Program-made: the position numbers and the translations under genes
Source of the DNA: an uncultured delta proteobacterium
GTDB taxonomy: Bacteria > Myxococcota > Myxococcia > Myxococcales > Myxococcaceae
Assembly (NCBI GenBank): GCA_963713045.1
Contig: CAVQKE010000004.1
Location: forward strand, 1-64,000
Length of the DNA stretch: 64,000 nt
Direction of reading: 5' to 3'
Shown here: piece after piece, positions 53,892-63,923 of the stretch
How positions within the stretch are numbered: the first letter of the stretch is position 1
How the letters are laid out: each line of letters starts with the position of its first letter
Notes under the pieces: generated by a model
What the model was told of the DNA's origin: nothing
Databases searched by the model: none
The model's input: the letters and a program-made list of their open reading frames with translations, nothing else

Positions 53892-54967
53892 GCCGGGGGA
53901 GCCGTCCCGGGCGCTGGGGTGCGCTCGGCTGGCTCCTGCTCGCGGCCTGTGCCGGCGGCCAGGCCGGCCCTTCGGCGGGCGAACTTCCCAGCTGGGCCCG
54001 TGCGCAGTCCACGACGCACCCCGAGCCGGAGGTGGTCCGCGGCACCCACCGGGTGGAGAAGGGCGAAACCTGGTTCCGCATCGCCAAGGCCTACGGGCTG
54101 TCCGCCGACGAATTGGCCGCGGCGAATGGCCGGGACACCAGCGAGCCACTGACGGTGGGGACGGAGTTGCTCCTCCCAGCCGCCCTGGAGTCGGCCAACC
54201 ACACCTCGGGCACGACCGCCGCCTCTCGGCCGATGGCCGAAGCCCCCCAACCCACCGCCGACGCCAAGGCCTGGGAGACACCGGTGGAGCCGTTGGCCGG
54301 CCAGCCGCTTCCGGCTGCGTTGCTGCGGGCCTTTGACGTCGCCACACCACCGCCGGGTGACGTCCCACTGCCGGAGGGGCTGGCGCGAGCCTTTGACCAT
54401 CCGACGGCCCCCATGCCAAAGCCCGTGCCAACCGTTGCCGTTGCAGTTGGGGGCCCGGAGGCCAAGTCCGCCACCGTTGCCGCAAGCATTGGGCCTGCGC
54501 CCGTCAGCCAAGGCCCACCGCGGGCGCCCGTTGTCGCCGGAAGAATGGCCGTCACGTCCCGGGGCGCTGGGGCGTCGGTGCCCGCCGGCGCGCTCCAGTG
54601 GCCGCTGCGAGGCGTCCTGTACGCGCGCTTCGGAAAGAAGGGGCGGGAACCCCATGACGGCATTGACTTGGCCGCGCCGGCGGGGACGCCGGTGCGGACG
54701 GCGGGGGAGGGCGTCGTCTTATTTGCCGGGCCGCAGTCCGGTTATGGCCTGATTGTGGTGGTCGGCCACGACAAGGGCCTGGTGACGGTGTACGCCCACA
54801 GCCGGGACTTGCGCGTGCGGACCGGCCAGACGGTGCGGCCCGGCCAAGTCATCGCCACCGTCGGTGAGTCTGGAAAAACCAGCGGCCCTCACCTGCACTT
54901 CGAAGTCCGGGTGGAGGGCGAGCCGGTGGACCCCTTGCGATTTTTAGGGCCGGTGCCAGCGCCATAG
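53888..54967 (+). CDS. LysM / M23 peptidase lipoprotein (NlpD-like)
   Basis: Lipobox LAAC; LysM HRVEKGET; HDGIDL; HLHFEVR. Confidence 0.9.
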   Translation: MSRGSRPGRWGALGWLLLAACAGGQAGPSAGELPSWARAQSTTHPEPEVVRGTHRVEKGETWFRIAKAYGLSADELAAANGRDTSEPLTVGTELLLPAALESANHTSGTTAASRPMAEAPQPTADAKAWETPVEPLAGQPLPAALLRAFDVATPPPGDVPLPEGLARAFDHPTAPMPKPVPTVAVAVGGPEAKSATVAASIGPAPVSQGPPRAPVVAGRMAVTSRGAGASVPAGALQWPLRGVLYARFGKKGREPHDGIDLAAPAGTPVRTAGEGVVLFAGPQSGYGLIVVVGHDKGLVTVYAHSRDLRVRTGQTVRPGQVIATVGESGKTSGPHLHFEVRVEGEPVDPLRFLGPVPAP

Positions 54968-55347
54968 CGTTTGCGCCCAGCCAGGGGCTTGAGGGCTTTT
55001 TGCGTCAGCCGAGCGCGCCACTTCTCTGCGGCAACCGTGTGTCAGCCTCGCAAAGCCGCGCCCTGCGCTAACCGGCTGCATTGCGGTGCGCAAGCCGGCG
55101 CTGGGCGCCTTGTTGGCCCAGGCGTCGAGACTCCAGGCGACCGTAAAGTCCTGCAGGACCGCCGTCCGCGCTCTGGGGAAAAAAGCACGGAGCGCGGCTG
55201 GCCCCAATGCGTGAATTTCGACCAAAGGCGCTTCCAGGGCTGGAGTCCGGAGAGCCTCATCCCCTGGAATCCGGCGATGTTCATGACGGAGTAGCCTCAG
55301 CGGGATCGGCCTGCCGATGTCCCTCTGAGCGAACCCGCTTACCGGCG

Positions 55348-56001
55348 TCAATGCACCTTGCGGTAGACGCCCACCACCTGGCCCAAAATCATCGTCGAGC
55401 GGAACTGGGACTTGTTGACGTAGATGGGCGCCATGGTGCGGTTGGCCGGCTGAAAGCGGATGCGGTCGCCCTCCGGGTAGTAGCGCTTGCAGGTGGCCTC
55501 GTCGTCGATGAGGGCGACCACAATGTCGCCCGCGCCGGCGGTCGGCGTCTTCCGGACGAAGAGGTAGTCGCCGTCGTGGATGCCGTCCTCAACCATCGAT
55601 TCGCCCTTCACGCGTAGGGCGAAGACTTCCTTGCCGCTTCCGCCCAAGAGGAAGCTGTCGATTTTGACGGAGTCCTCGACATTTTCGACCGCCAACAGCG
55701 GAACGCCGGCGGCGACGCGCCCCAGCACTGGCACCTCCACCAGGTTGGCGTCGCGCCGGCCGGCACCGATGCCCAACACCAGCCGGGCGCGCTTGGTCGG
55801 AACCAGGGCGCGGGACTGCTGCTCGCCCCGAAGCACATAGCCCTTGCGCTCCAACGCTTTGAGGTGGTCGTTCACCCCGTTGGTGGAGCGAATGTCCATC
55901 TCTTCACCGATTTCCCGGATGGTGGGGGGGTAGCCGCGTTCCTCAGTCTCCTTGACGATGAATTGGAGGATTTCGCGCTGCCGTCCGGTGAGCTCTTCCA
56001 T
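55348..56001 (-). CDS. lexA: SOS repressor LexA
   Basis: [22 protein letters not shown] cleavage site, GESM, ATCKR. Confidence 0.97.
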   Translation of the reverse strand: MEELTGRQREILQFIVKETEERGYPPTIREIGEEMDIRSTNGVNDHLKALERKGYVLRGEQQSRALVPTKRARLVLGIGAGRRDANLVEVPVLGRVAAGVPLLAVENVEDSVKIDSFLLGGSGKEVFALRVKGESMVEDGIHDGDYLFVRKTPTAGAGDIVVALIDDEATCKRYYPEGDRIRFQPANRTMAPIYVNKSQFRSTMILGQVVGVYRKVH

Positions 56002-56069
56002 CGTCTTCCCTCCCGAGGGTGCCCAGGGACGAGCGCCCGAGGGCTGCAGATTGCGACCCGGACAGGGTG

Positions 56070-56086
56070 CCTGAACGGACGTGCAG
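56070..56086 (-). promoter_or_regulatory. Myxococcal SOS (LexA) box
   Basis: Reverse complement CTGCACGTCCGTTCAGG matches the Myxococcus consensus CTRHAMRYBYGTTCAGS at all 17 positions; abuts TTGACT (-35) at 56092-56087. Confidence 0.85.
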
Positions 56087-56153
56087 AGTCAACCGAATGG
56101 CGGTCAAACTCCCGCCCGCGCCTTCGCCGGGGGCAGGTTAGGCTTGTCCCCAG

Positions 56154-56675
56154 GTGGACGTGCTCTCGCTGAGGCGCCCGGGCGCCATGGTTGCCATCGC
56201 CGTGGGCCTGCTGGCTGCCGGCTGCCGCAGCGTCAACCTCCACGAGGGCGTGGTGTACACGCCGGACACCCGCTACCGGATTGGGCCGATTCCCCCGGAC
56301 TGGCACCAGGTCAACCTCAAGGACAGTGACTTTGCCTGGGTGACGAGCCCCAGTGCGTACGCCTTCTGGGTGAACTCCACCTGCAAGGAGTTCGAGGACG
56401 TCCCTTTGGTGGCCCTCAACCGGCAGCTCCTCATTGGCTTCACCGACGTGCAGAAGTTAGAGCAGCACACAGCAACGCTGGACGGTCGCGACGCTCTCTT
56501 TTCGCAGTACATCGCCAAGATGGATGGGGTGCCCCGCGAGCTGGGGCTGGTGGTAATGAAGAAGGACGGCTGCATTTACGACTTTGCCTACGTCGCGCCG
56601 GTGGGCCAGTACCCCCAGCGGCTGGGGCAATTCCAGGCGCTGGTGAATGGCTTTGCAACGGAGCCCCGGACGTGA
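56154..56675 (+). CDS. Hypothetical lipoprotein (PsbP/DcrB-like fold possible)
   Basis: Lipobox AAGC; overlaps the start of the MlaE-like gene. Confidence 0.75.
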   Translation: MDVLSLRRPGAMVAIAVGLLAAGCRSVNLHEGVVYTPDTRYRIGPIPPDWHQVNLKDSDFAWVTSPSAYAFWVNSTCKEFEDVPLVALNRQLLIGFTDVQKLEQHTATLDGRDALFSQYIAKMDGVPRELGLVVMKKDGCIYDFAYVAPVGQYPQRLGQFQALVNGFATEPRT

Positions 56676-57520
56676 GTCCCTCACCCAGCACCTCCCGGCC
56701 AGAGGGGCCCGAGTCCATCGCCGGGCTGGCCGTCCAGCAACTCGAGCAGCTGCTGCCCTTTCGGCGTCGGGCGCTGAATGCCCTGGACGCGTTGGGGGGC
56801 TGCTTCGTCCTGGCCGGTCGCGGCCTGGTGCGTGGCCTTCGCCCCCCGGTGGAAGTCGGCCCGCTGCTCGACCAGGTGGAGTCGCTCGGCGTTCGCTCGC
56901 TGTCCATCGCCACCTTCACGGCTGTCTTCGCCGGGCTTGTCATCTGCCTCCAATTCGGCTTCTTCCTGGGCCGCTTTGGCGTCGCTCACACCGTCGGCAA
57001 AGTGGCCATCCTCACCATTTTCCGGGAGCTGGGACCGGTGCTCACCGCCCTCACCGTCGGCAGCCGCATTGGCTCCGGCATCGCCGCGGAGCTTGGCTCG
57101 ATGAACGTCACCGAGCAGCTCGACGCCATTCGGGCGCTCGGCGCCGACCCGGTGAAGAAGCTGGTCTCGCCCCGCCTCTGGGCCTGCATCATCGTCCTGC
57201 CGCTGTTGACGGTGCTGGCGGATGTGATGGGGATGGCGGCTGGGGCGGCGGTGGTGGATTTCGAGTACCACATTCCGGTGGTGCAGTTTTACGAGTCGGC
57301 GCTGGACACCGTGGACTTGAAGGACTTCCTGAGCGGCGTCGGCAAGTCGGTCGTCTTCGGCGCCATCGTCGGAGCGGTGGGGTGCTACCAAGGCTTTGCA
57401 GTGAAAGGGGGCACCGAAGGGGTGGGTCGGGCGACCACCGAGACGGTGGCCGTTTCGTCGGTGGCGGTGCTGGTGGCGGACTTTTTCCTCACCAAGCTGC
57501 TGCTTCTGGTGCTGGCTTGA
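56672..57520 (+). CDS. mlaE: MlaE-family ABC permease
   Basis: RELGPVLTAL..GSRIGSGIAAELGSM..TEQLDA. Confidence 0.92.
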   Translation: MSPSPSTSRPEGPESIAGLAVQQLEQLLPFRRRALNALDALGGCFVLAGRGLVRGLRPPVEVGPLLDQVESLGVRSLSIATFTAVFAGLVICLQFGFFLGRFGVAHTVGKVAILTIFRELGPVLTALTVGSRIGSGIAAELGSMNVTEQLDAIRALGADPVKKLVSPRLWACIIVLPLLTVLADVMGMAAGAAVVDFEYHIPVVQFYESALDTVDLKDFLSGVGKSVVFGAIVGAVGCYQGFAVKGGTEGVGRATTETVAVSSVAVLVADFFLTKLLLLVLA

Positions 57521-58290
57521 CTGACGACGACCTCATCCGCGTCGAGGACCTCAAAAAGTCCTTCGGGCCAAAGGTGGTCTTCGACGGTCTGACCCTCACT
57601 GTCCGCCCGCGCGAGACGCTCAGCATCATCGGCGGCTCGGGAAGCGGAAAGAGCGTCCTCCTCAAATCGCTCATTGGGCTGGTGCACCCGGACGCCGGAA
57701 GCATCGAATTCAAAGGGCAGGAGATTACCTACTATTCTGAGCAGCAGTTTCTCGACGTGCGCCGGCAGGTGGCCTACGTGTTTCAAGGCTCGGCGCTGTT
57801 TGACTCCCTCACCGTGGGGGAGAACATCGCCTACCCCTTGCGCGAGCACTTTCCGAAGATGAGCCGTGAGGAGCTGGCGGAACGGGTGGCGCGAACACTG
57901 AAGATGGTCAACCTGCCCGGCATTGAGGCGATGTCCCCAGCGGACCTCTCCGGCGGCATGAAGAAGCGGGTGGGGCTGGCACGGGCCATCACCACCGACC
58001 CAGAAGTCATCCTCTGGGACGAGCCCACCACCGGCCTCGACCCGATTAGCACCCGCATCATCGAGGACCTCATCCTGCGGATGAAGGCCGAGCTCGGGGT
58101 CACCTCCATTGTCGTCACCCACGACATGCCGTCGGCCTTCTATGTCTCCGACCGGATTGCGCTCATTGCCAACAAGCGGATTTCCCAGGTCGGAACGGTG
58201 GCCGAGATGCAGGCCAGCCGCAACAGCGAGGTGCGCACCTTCCTCGATGCGCGTTTGCCACGGGCCCAGAGCCGCGGAGTGGGGGCATGA
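57517..58290 (+). CDS. mlaF: MlaF/Mkl ABC ATP-binding protein
   Basis: GGSGSGKS, LSGGMKKRV, DEPTTGLDP; TTG start overlapping the mlaE stop. Confidence 0.92.
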   Translation: MTDDDLIRVEDLKKSFGPKVVFDGLTLTVRPRETLSIIGGSGSGKSVLLKSLIGLVHPDAGSIEFKGQEITYYSEQQFLDVRRQVAYVFQGSALFDSLTVGENIAYPLREHFPKMSREELAERVARTLKMVNLPGIEAMSPADLSGGMKKRVGLARAITTDPEVILWDEPTTGLDPISTRIIEDLILRMKAELGVTSIVVTHDMPSAFYVSDRIALIANKRISQVGTVAEMQASRNSEVRTFLDARLPRAQSRGVGA

Positions 58291-59480
58291 CGCAAGAGAC
58301 GGCGGAGAAGAAAGAGCGCCGCACCATCGTCCGTGCCGGCGTCTTCGTGGCCCTGGCGCTCGGACTGTTTGCGGTGGTGGTGGTGCTCATTGGCAAGGCC
58401 AACCGACTCTTTGAGCGTCAGGTCAACTTCCACATGTATTTCGAGAACGTCGAAGGGTTGAAGACGGACTCACCGGTGTGGGTGGGTGGCCTCGAAGTGG
58501 GGCGGGTGAGCGCCATCGACTTCCTCTCTGACATCGAGGACCGTCGCATCGACGTGAAAGTGCAGTTGGCCCGCCGTTTCTCCAACCGCGTCCGAGCGGA
58601 CTCGGTGGCCCGCATCACCAGCCGAGGCGTGCTGGGGGACAAGGCCATCGACATCTCCATGGGGTCGTCCCAAGCCGCCCCCATTCCCCCGGGCGGAGAA
58701 ATTCCCAGCGGCTCCTCGGGGGAACTCAGCGCCCTGTTGAAAAATGGGGGCGAGGTGCTGGAGAACGCGGTGGCCATCACCAAGGACCTTCGCCGCACGG
58801 TGGCTGCCTACTCGGACCCGGCCCTCAAAGACGACGTTGCCGCCACGCTGTCGTCGTTCCGAGACATTTTTGGCCGGGTGGAGAAGGGCCCGGGGACGCT
58901 GCACGCCCTGATTTACGACAAGCAGACTGCCGAGGAGGCCCGCACCCTCATCTCGCGCTTTTCCTCGGTGGCGGCGCGCATTGACCATGCGGTGAATGAG
59001 GTGGACGCTCTGTTGGAGGCGGCAAGGACGGGTCCGGGCGCGGTGCATGCGCTTCTCTACGACGGCGAAGGCGGCAAGGCGGTGGGCGAAATCGGCCAGG
59101 CGGCCGCCGAGCTGAGCACCCTCCTCCATGACGCGCGCACCAGCCCCGACGGCGCGATTCACCAGCTGGTGTACGGCGACGGCAAAAACCTCATGTCCAA
59201 CCTGGCCGGCGTGGCGGCGGACTTGAAGGCCATCACCGGCACCATCCGCAGTGGCGAGGGGACGCTGGGGGCGTTGGTGAACGACCCAAGCGTCTATGAC
59301 GACTTGCGCACCATTCTCGGCAACCTGAAGCGCAACCGCATTCTCCGGGAGCTGGTGCGGATGACGGTCAGCAACGGCGGCGAACTGGAAAAGTCCGGCC
59401 AGCCGGTGGGGGGCTCGGCGCCGCCCCCACCGCCGGCGACGGCCCCCCCCGCCCCCGTCCCATCTGGGCCCCAGCCATGA
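58287..59480 (+). CDS. mlaD: MCE/MlaD-family protein
   Basis: N-terminal TM; FENVEGL..DSPV..GGLEVGRV; GVLGDK; GEGTLGALVNDP. Confidence 0.88.
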   Translation: MTQETAEKKERRTIVRAGVFVALALGLFAVVVVLIGKANRLFERQVNFHMYFENVEGLKTDSPVWVGGLEVGRVSAIDFLSDIEDRRIDVKVQLARRFSNRVRADSVARITSRGVLGDKAIDISMGSSQAAPIPPGGEIPSGSSGELSALLKNGGEVLENAVAITKDLRRTVAAYSDPALKDDVAATLSSFRDIFGRVEKGPGTLHALIYDKQTAEEARTLISRFSSVAARIDHAVNEVDALLEAARTGPGAVHALLYDGEGGKAVGEIGQAAAELSTLLHDARTSPDGAIHQLVYGDGKNLMSNLAGVAADLKAITGTIRSGEGTLGALVNDPSVYDDLRTILGNLKRNRILRELVRMTVSNGGELEKSGQPVGGSAPPPPPATAPPAPVPSGPQP

Positions 59481-60412
59481 CGCCGGTCAGCTTCGGCCGG
59501 GCCCTGCGCCTCGGCGTCTCCACGGCCTTCCACCATGCCGCCCCTGCGCTGCTGGTGGCACTGGCAGCCTGCGCGGCGACGTTGTGCTCGACTCTGTTGT
59601 GGGTCACTGGGCTCGCTGCGGTGGTGTCCGACGGCGCCCGGGTGCGCTTTGCCAGCGTCCTCGTCGCGCTGACCGTGGCCTGGGTGCTCCAGGCGTTGGT
59701 TCTCGGGGGCGCAGTCCAGCAGGCTGGCGCGGCGCTGCGCCGTCGGTCGTCTCTGCCCTTGCTGGAGGCCATCGCGGTGGCTGCGCCGCGAGCCCTGGGC
59801 TGGGCGGTGCTGGCCGCGGCGGCGCTGCTGGCGTGGAGTGGCTGGCAGCTGCTGGTGGGAGGCGCCGGCGCGGTGCTTTTCCTCCGCGGCCTCCTGCACC
59901 ACCCGGGAGGGCTGGCCGGTGCCCTGGGGCTGGCCCTCGCCGGGACGTTAGGGCCCTTGGGTGCGCTGCTGCTGCAGCTGGTGACGGAAATGGCGCTGGT
60001 GCGTGCCGTGGTGCGAGACGAGTCGCCCGCGGTGGCCGGCTGGGAGGCGGTGCGTGCACTCCTCCAGCGGCCCTGGGCGCCCCTTGGCGTGTGGCTTGTG
60101 ACTGAGGTGCTGGCCGCCGCGGTGGCCGGCACTGCGGCCGCCTTCTCGGTCACAGCGCCCGGCACACCCCTGCGCGTCGCCGGCATTGGAATGCTTCTGC
60201 AGGTGGCCATTGCCACCCTGGCCCGCGCGGTGGCGCAGCTGGTCCGGCTGGGGGCCTTCGGTGCGCTGGAAGCTGACCGAAGTGGCGAGCTGCCGCCGGC
60301 CCCGGCGCCTCCAGCCCGCCCGGCGCCCGTACCGCGTGCTGAGTTGGTGCCGGAAGGCGAACCCATCCTCGAAGCGCGCGCCGTGGATGCCCCATCAGGG
60401 AGCGGGGGATGA
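59477..60412 (+). CDS. Hypothetical multi-pass membrane protein
   Basis: Several hydrophobic helices; ATGA overlaps at both ends. Confidence 0.75.
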   Translation: MTPVSFGRALRLGVSTAFHHAAPALLVALAACAATLCSTLLWVTGLAAVVSDGARVRFASVLVALTVAWVLQALVLGGAVQQAGAALRRRSSLPLLEAIAVAAPRALGWAVLAAAALLAWSGWQLLVGGAGAVLFLRGLLHHPGGLAGALGLALAGTLGPLGALLLQLVTEMALVRAVVRDESPAVAGWEAVRALLQRPWAPLGVWLVTEVLAAAVAGTAAAFSVTAPGTPLRVAGIGMLLQVAIATLARAVAQLVRLGAFGALEADRSGELPPAPAPPARPAPVPRAELVPEGEPILEARAVDAPSGSGG

Positions 60413-60810
60413 AGCTGGAGGGTGTGCACCACGTCGCCCTTCAAGTCCGCACCCTGGCGCCGATGGTGGCGTTCTACCGGGACGTCCTCGGGCTGCCCGT
60501 CCTGGCCGAGCACCGCAGCGGGGATGGGCAGCTGCGCAGCGTGTGGATGGGGCTGCCCGGGGCCTTTCTCACCCTGGAGACGGTGGTGGGCGAGCCGCCT
60601 CCCCCAGCGCCGTTCCGCAACCACACCCCGGGCTGGTTCCTGCTGGCGCTGCGCATCCCCGCCACGGAGAGGGCGCAGGTCCGCGCGGAGCTGGAGCGGG
60701 TCCACGTCGCGGTGGAGCACGAGACGCCTTGGACGCTGTACGTCCGGGACCCGGAGGGAAACCGCGTCGGGTTAAGCCACCACCCCCACCAAGCGGAAGG
60801 CCCCAGCTAA
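60409..60810 (+). CDS. VOC/glyoxalase family protein
   Basis: HHVAL.V....FYRDVLGL; YVRDPEGNRV. Confidence 0.9.
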   Translation: MKLEGVHHVALQVRTLAPMVAFYRDVLGLPVLAEHRSGDGQLRSVWMGLPGAFLTLETVVGEPPPPAPFRNHTPGWFLLALRIPATERAQVRAELERVHVAVEHETPWTLYVRDPEGNRVGLSHHPHQAEGPS

Positions 60811-62571
60811 CTAGTTCTCGCCGCTCGGCTTGAGGGCCACGTCGTACTTCAGCGTCTGCTCTGGACGGATGGCGAAGGACTCCTGCCACACCGCGTCGCC
60901 CAGCGTCACCTTCAAATGGTGGGTGCCCTCGTAAACGGGAATTTCAGCCGCTGGCTTCAGCCCGAGGACATGGCCGTCCAAGGCGAGCGAGGCGCCGTCG
61001 GGCATCCGCACGCTGAGTGTGCCCCTGCCAATGGTGAACGTCTGACGCGTCACGCCTTCCTTGCCCACCAGCACCGCCCGCTTCACGTCGATGCCCCGGG
61101 ACTTGTCGATGAGTTCCACCACCCGCCGGCCCGGCGCCGCGGGCACCGTCACCGGAGACTTCCCCACCTTCACGCCGTCCAGGACGACGTCCACCGTGGG
61201 TTCGACGGTGAGTTCCAGCAGCGTCATGGGCATGCGCCCTGGGGCCGGCACCGGGGAGAGGTGGCCGTCGGAGGCGGAGGGGCCCAAGGGTGCTGGGCCC
61301 GGCCTGCCGACGACGGCCTGAGTGGCGTCGGTGCGTGTCTCGGTATGGCCGGGGTCCCGTGAGGCGAGCGGCTGGGGGGCGGCGGCTGCCGGGGGCTCGG
61401 GGGGGATGGCGGCGACGGTGGAGGTGCCAGGCGGAGAGACAATCATCGGCCGGGTGGGGGCGTGCCGGCTGGCCAGCCAGATGGCGCCCACCACGCCCAC
61501 CGCCACCGCGGCGCCCAACACCAGGGGCAGACGACTGCGCCAGTCTGGCCGCGGCTCAACTTCATAGGGCTCCGGTGCCGGGCGCACCGCCGGCGGGTGC
61601 TTGGGCTCGCGGGCCTTTGCTTCTGCCTGCCGCCGCGCCTGCGCGGCGCGGGCCTCCTCCAGCACTTGAGCGCGGGCGGCTCGAGGCGAGTTTTCCTTGG
61701 GGAAGTGCCGTTCCATGAAGGCGGCCACGTCCCCGTGCGGCGCCAGAGTCAAGGCCTGGTCCACTGCGTCCCGGAAGGCAAGGGCTGTCGGGTAGCGGTC
61801 CGCGGCGCGCTTGCGCGTGGCGCGCTCCAAGACTGGCACCAACTCTGGCGGAACGTTGTCCTCCGGCTCGAGGGGCAAAGGGGCAGCGACCACCGCGTGG
61901 TCCAATTCCGGGACGCCCTCCCACGGCTTCTTCCCACTCACCATTTCGTAGAGGAGCAACCCCATCAGGAAGACGTCGGTTTGCGGGGTGCTTGCGGTGC
62001 GGCCGCCAATAATCTGCTCCGGCGCCGCGTAGCGGCGGCGGTTCACCACCCGCAGGCCAGAGGCTTCGCGAGGGGCGACGGCCAGCGCGCCATACCCCGA
62101 GGCCTTGGCCTTGCCGGCGTAGGTGACCATCACCGTCTCCGGCCGCAAGTCGCCGTGCACCATCGGCGAGCCGTCGTCGTTGCCGGCGAGGTGCGCGTAG
62201 TGGGCGCCCAGCGCGACGTCCGCGGTAATGCGGGCGGCAATCCGCGGAGGCAACGGGGCCACCAGGTCCAGCACTTGCCGCAGTGACTCGCCGTCGACGA
62301 ATTCCACGACGCGGGCCAGGCCCTCGGCCAGGGTGGCCAGGCCAAACACCGTCACAATGTGCGGATGCTGCAGTTCCGAGGCGCGCCGCGTGTCCCGGCG
62401 CAGTTGGCCAGTCCGCTCCTCGTCGCGGGCAAGGTCCGGCGGGGCCCAGACGAGGACGACGGCCTGTCCGGGCCCGTCGGCCGCCTCCTCAATGCCCAGC
62501 ACGGCCGTCGAACGGGTGCCGGCCAGCAGGGGCCCGACGGGCCGGTATGTGGGGTTGTGCATGGTGTGCAA
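60811..62571 (-). CDS. Ser/Thr kinase-like protein (probable pseudokinase) with TM and PEGA-like domains
   Basis: HPHIV, EFVDG, HGDLRPET, APEQ, TDVF; TM helix; V.LDG..VGKSP. Confidence 0.85.
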   Translation of the reverse strand: MHTMHNPTYRPVGPLLAGTRSTAVLGIEEAADGPGQAVVLVWAPPDLARDEERTGQLRRDTRRASELQHPHIVTVFGLATLAEGLARVVEFVDGESLRQVLDLVAPLPPRIAARITADVALGAHYAHLAGNDDGSPMVHGDLRPETVMVTYAGKAKASGYGALAVAPREASGLRVVNRRRYAAPEQIIGGRTASTPQTDVFLMGLLLYEMVSGKKPWEGVPELDHAVVAAPLPLEPEDNVPPELVPVLERATRKRAADRYPTALAFRDAVDQALTLAPHGDVAAFMERHFPKENSPRAARAQVLEEARAAQARRQAEAKAREPKHPPAVRPAPEPYEVEPRPDWRSRLPLVLGAAVAVGVVGAIWLASRHAPTRPMIVSPPGTSTVAAIPPEPPAAAAPQPLASRDPGHTETRTDATQAVVGRPGPAPLGPSASDGHLSPVPAPGRMPMTLLELTVEPTVDVVLDGVKVGKSPVTVPAAPGRRVVELIDKSRGIDVKRAVLVGKEGVTRQTFTIGRGTLSVRMPDGASLALDGHVLGLKPAAEIPVYEGTHHLKVTLGDAVWQESFAIRPEQTLKYDVALKPSGEN

Positions 62572-62612
62572 GGTCTGCCAACAGGGATGCTACTGCGGTC
62601 TGCGCACCCGTC

Positions 62613-63923
62613 TCAAAAACGGAAGCCCAAGGGGTAGGTAAACGGCCCACGGCGGACCGACAGCAAGACGCCCCGCCCGTGGCTCGACATCAGGCCGTCG
62701 CGAAAACCGTCCAGGGTGTCCACCGGCTCGTTGTCCAAACGGGTGATGAGGTCGCCTGGTTCCACCCCGGATTGGGCGGCCTGGCTCCCACGCCGCACCC
62801 CCACCACCACCAGGGCCCCCTTTCCCGCGGAAACTTTCACACCCAGTCGCTCCCAGGCGAGGGCGTCCACCACCGCCGCGGGGAACTTCTCTGGCACGAC
62901 GGTGAGGGTCAGCTGTTGGCCGACGCGGAACACGGTGAGGGTGAAGGACGTCCGCGCCGGGTAGCCGCGCAGGCGTGCGGTGAAGTCCTCCACGTCCGCC
63001 ACCGGAGAGCCTGAAATCTCGGCCACCACATCCCCGCGGCGCACGCCGGCGGTCGCACCTGGGCTGGCTGGCTGGACCCGCTCCACCAGCACCCCGGAGG
63101 AGCGCTCCCAGCCCAGCTTATGCGCGGCGCTCGCGGTCAGCGGCACCGCCTCAATGCCGACCCACGCCGGGCGGACCTTCCCGAAGTTTTTCAATTCGGT
63201 GACGATGCGCCGCACCTTGTCGGCTGGAATAGCGAAGCCGATGCCCTGGGCGGTGGCCAGGATGGCGGAGTTGATGCCAATCACGTCCCCGTCGAGGTTG
63301 AGCAGCGGACCGCCGCTGTTGCCGGGGTTGATGGCAGCGTCCGTCTGAAGCAACTCATCGAAGACTTGGTCGTTTTCGGCTTTGAAGCTGCGGCCGATGG
63401 CCGACAGCACGCCCACCGTGACTGTCTTCTGCAGCCCGAGGGGGGAGCCGATGGCCACCACCGTCTCCCCAATCATCAAATCCGCCGACGTGCCGAGCCG
63501 CGCCGCAGGGAAGGGTCCCTTGGCCTGGATGCGCAGCACCGCTAAGTCATTGGCGGCGTCGCTGCCCACCACTTCTGCGTCCAATTGGCGTCCGTCGGCC
63601 AGCACCACGTGAATGGCAGACGCGCCGCGGATGACGTGGTCGTTGGTGACGATGAGCCCCGCGGGGTCAATCAGCACCCCGCTCCCAAGGGACTGCACGC
63701 TGTGCCCCCGGGCTTGCCCCCGTCCACTGAAGAGTTCCCCCTCGGTGCCGATGAAGACGACCGCCGGGCTGACCTTCTGCACCACCTCCACCACCGCACT
63801 CCGGCGCTTAGCGACGTCGGCCGAGGCCACGCTGGCCAAGGCGAGGCCGGCCACGGCGCACAAGCGCCAAGTCCGCGCACGCCGCTGGGCCCGGCCAGCT
63901 CGCCTCAGGCGTCCTCCTCCCAA
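62613..63923 (-). CDS. HtrA/DegP-family serine protease with two PDZ domains
   Basis: TNDHV, DLAVL, QTDAAINPGNSGG. Confidence 0.93.
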   Translation of the reverse strand: MGGGRLRRAGRAQRRARTWRLCAVAGLALASVASADVAKRRSAVVEVVQKVSPAVVFIGTEGELFSGRGQARGHSVQSLGSGVLIDPAGLIVTNDHVIRGASAIHVVLADGRQLDAEVVGSDAANDLAVLRIQAKGPFPAARLGTSADLMIGETVVAIGSPLGLQKTVTVGVLSAIGRSFKAENDQVFDELLQTDAAINPGNSGGPLLNLDGDVIGINSAILATAQGIGFAIPADKVRRIVTELKNFGKVRPAWVGIEAVPLTASAAHKLGWERSSGVLVERVQPASPGATAGVRRGDVVAEISGSPVADVEDFTARLRGYPARTSFTLTVFRVGQQLTLTVVPEKFPAAVVDALAWERLGVKVSAGKGALVVVGVRRGSQAAQSGVEPGDLITRLDNEPVDTLDGFRDGLMSSHGRGVLLSVRRGPFTYPLGFRF

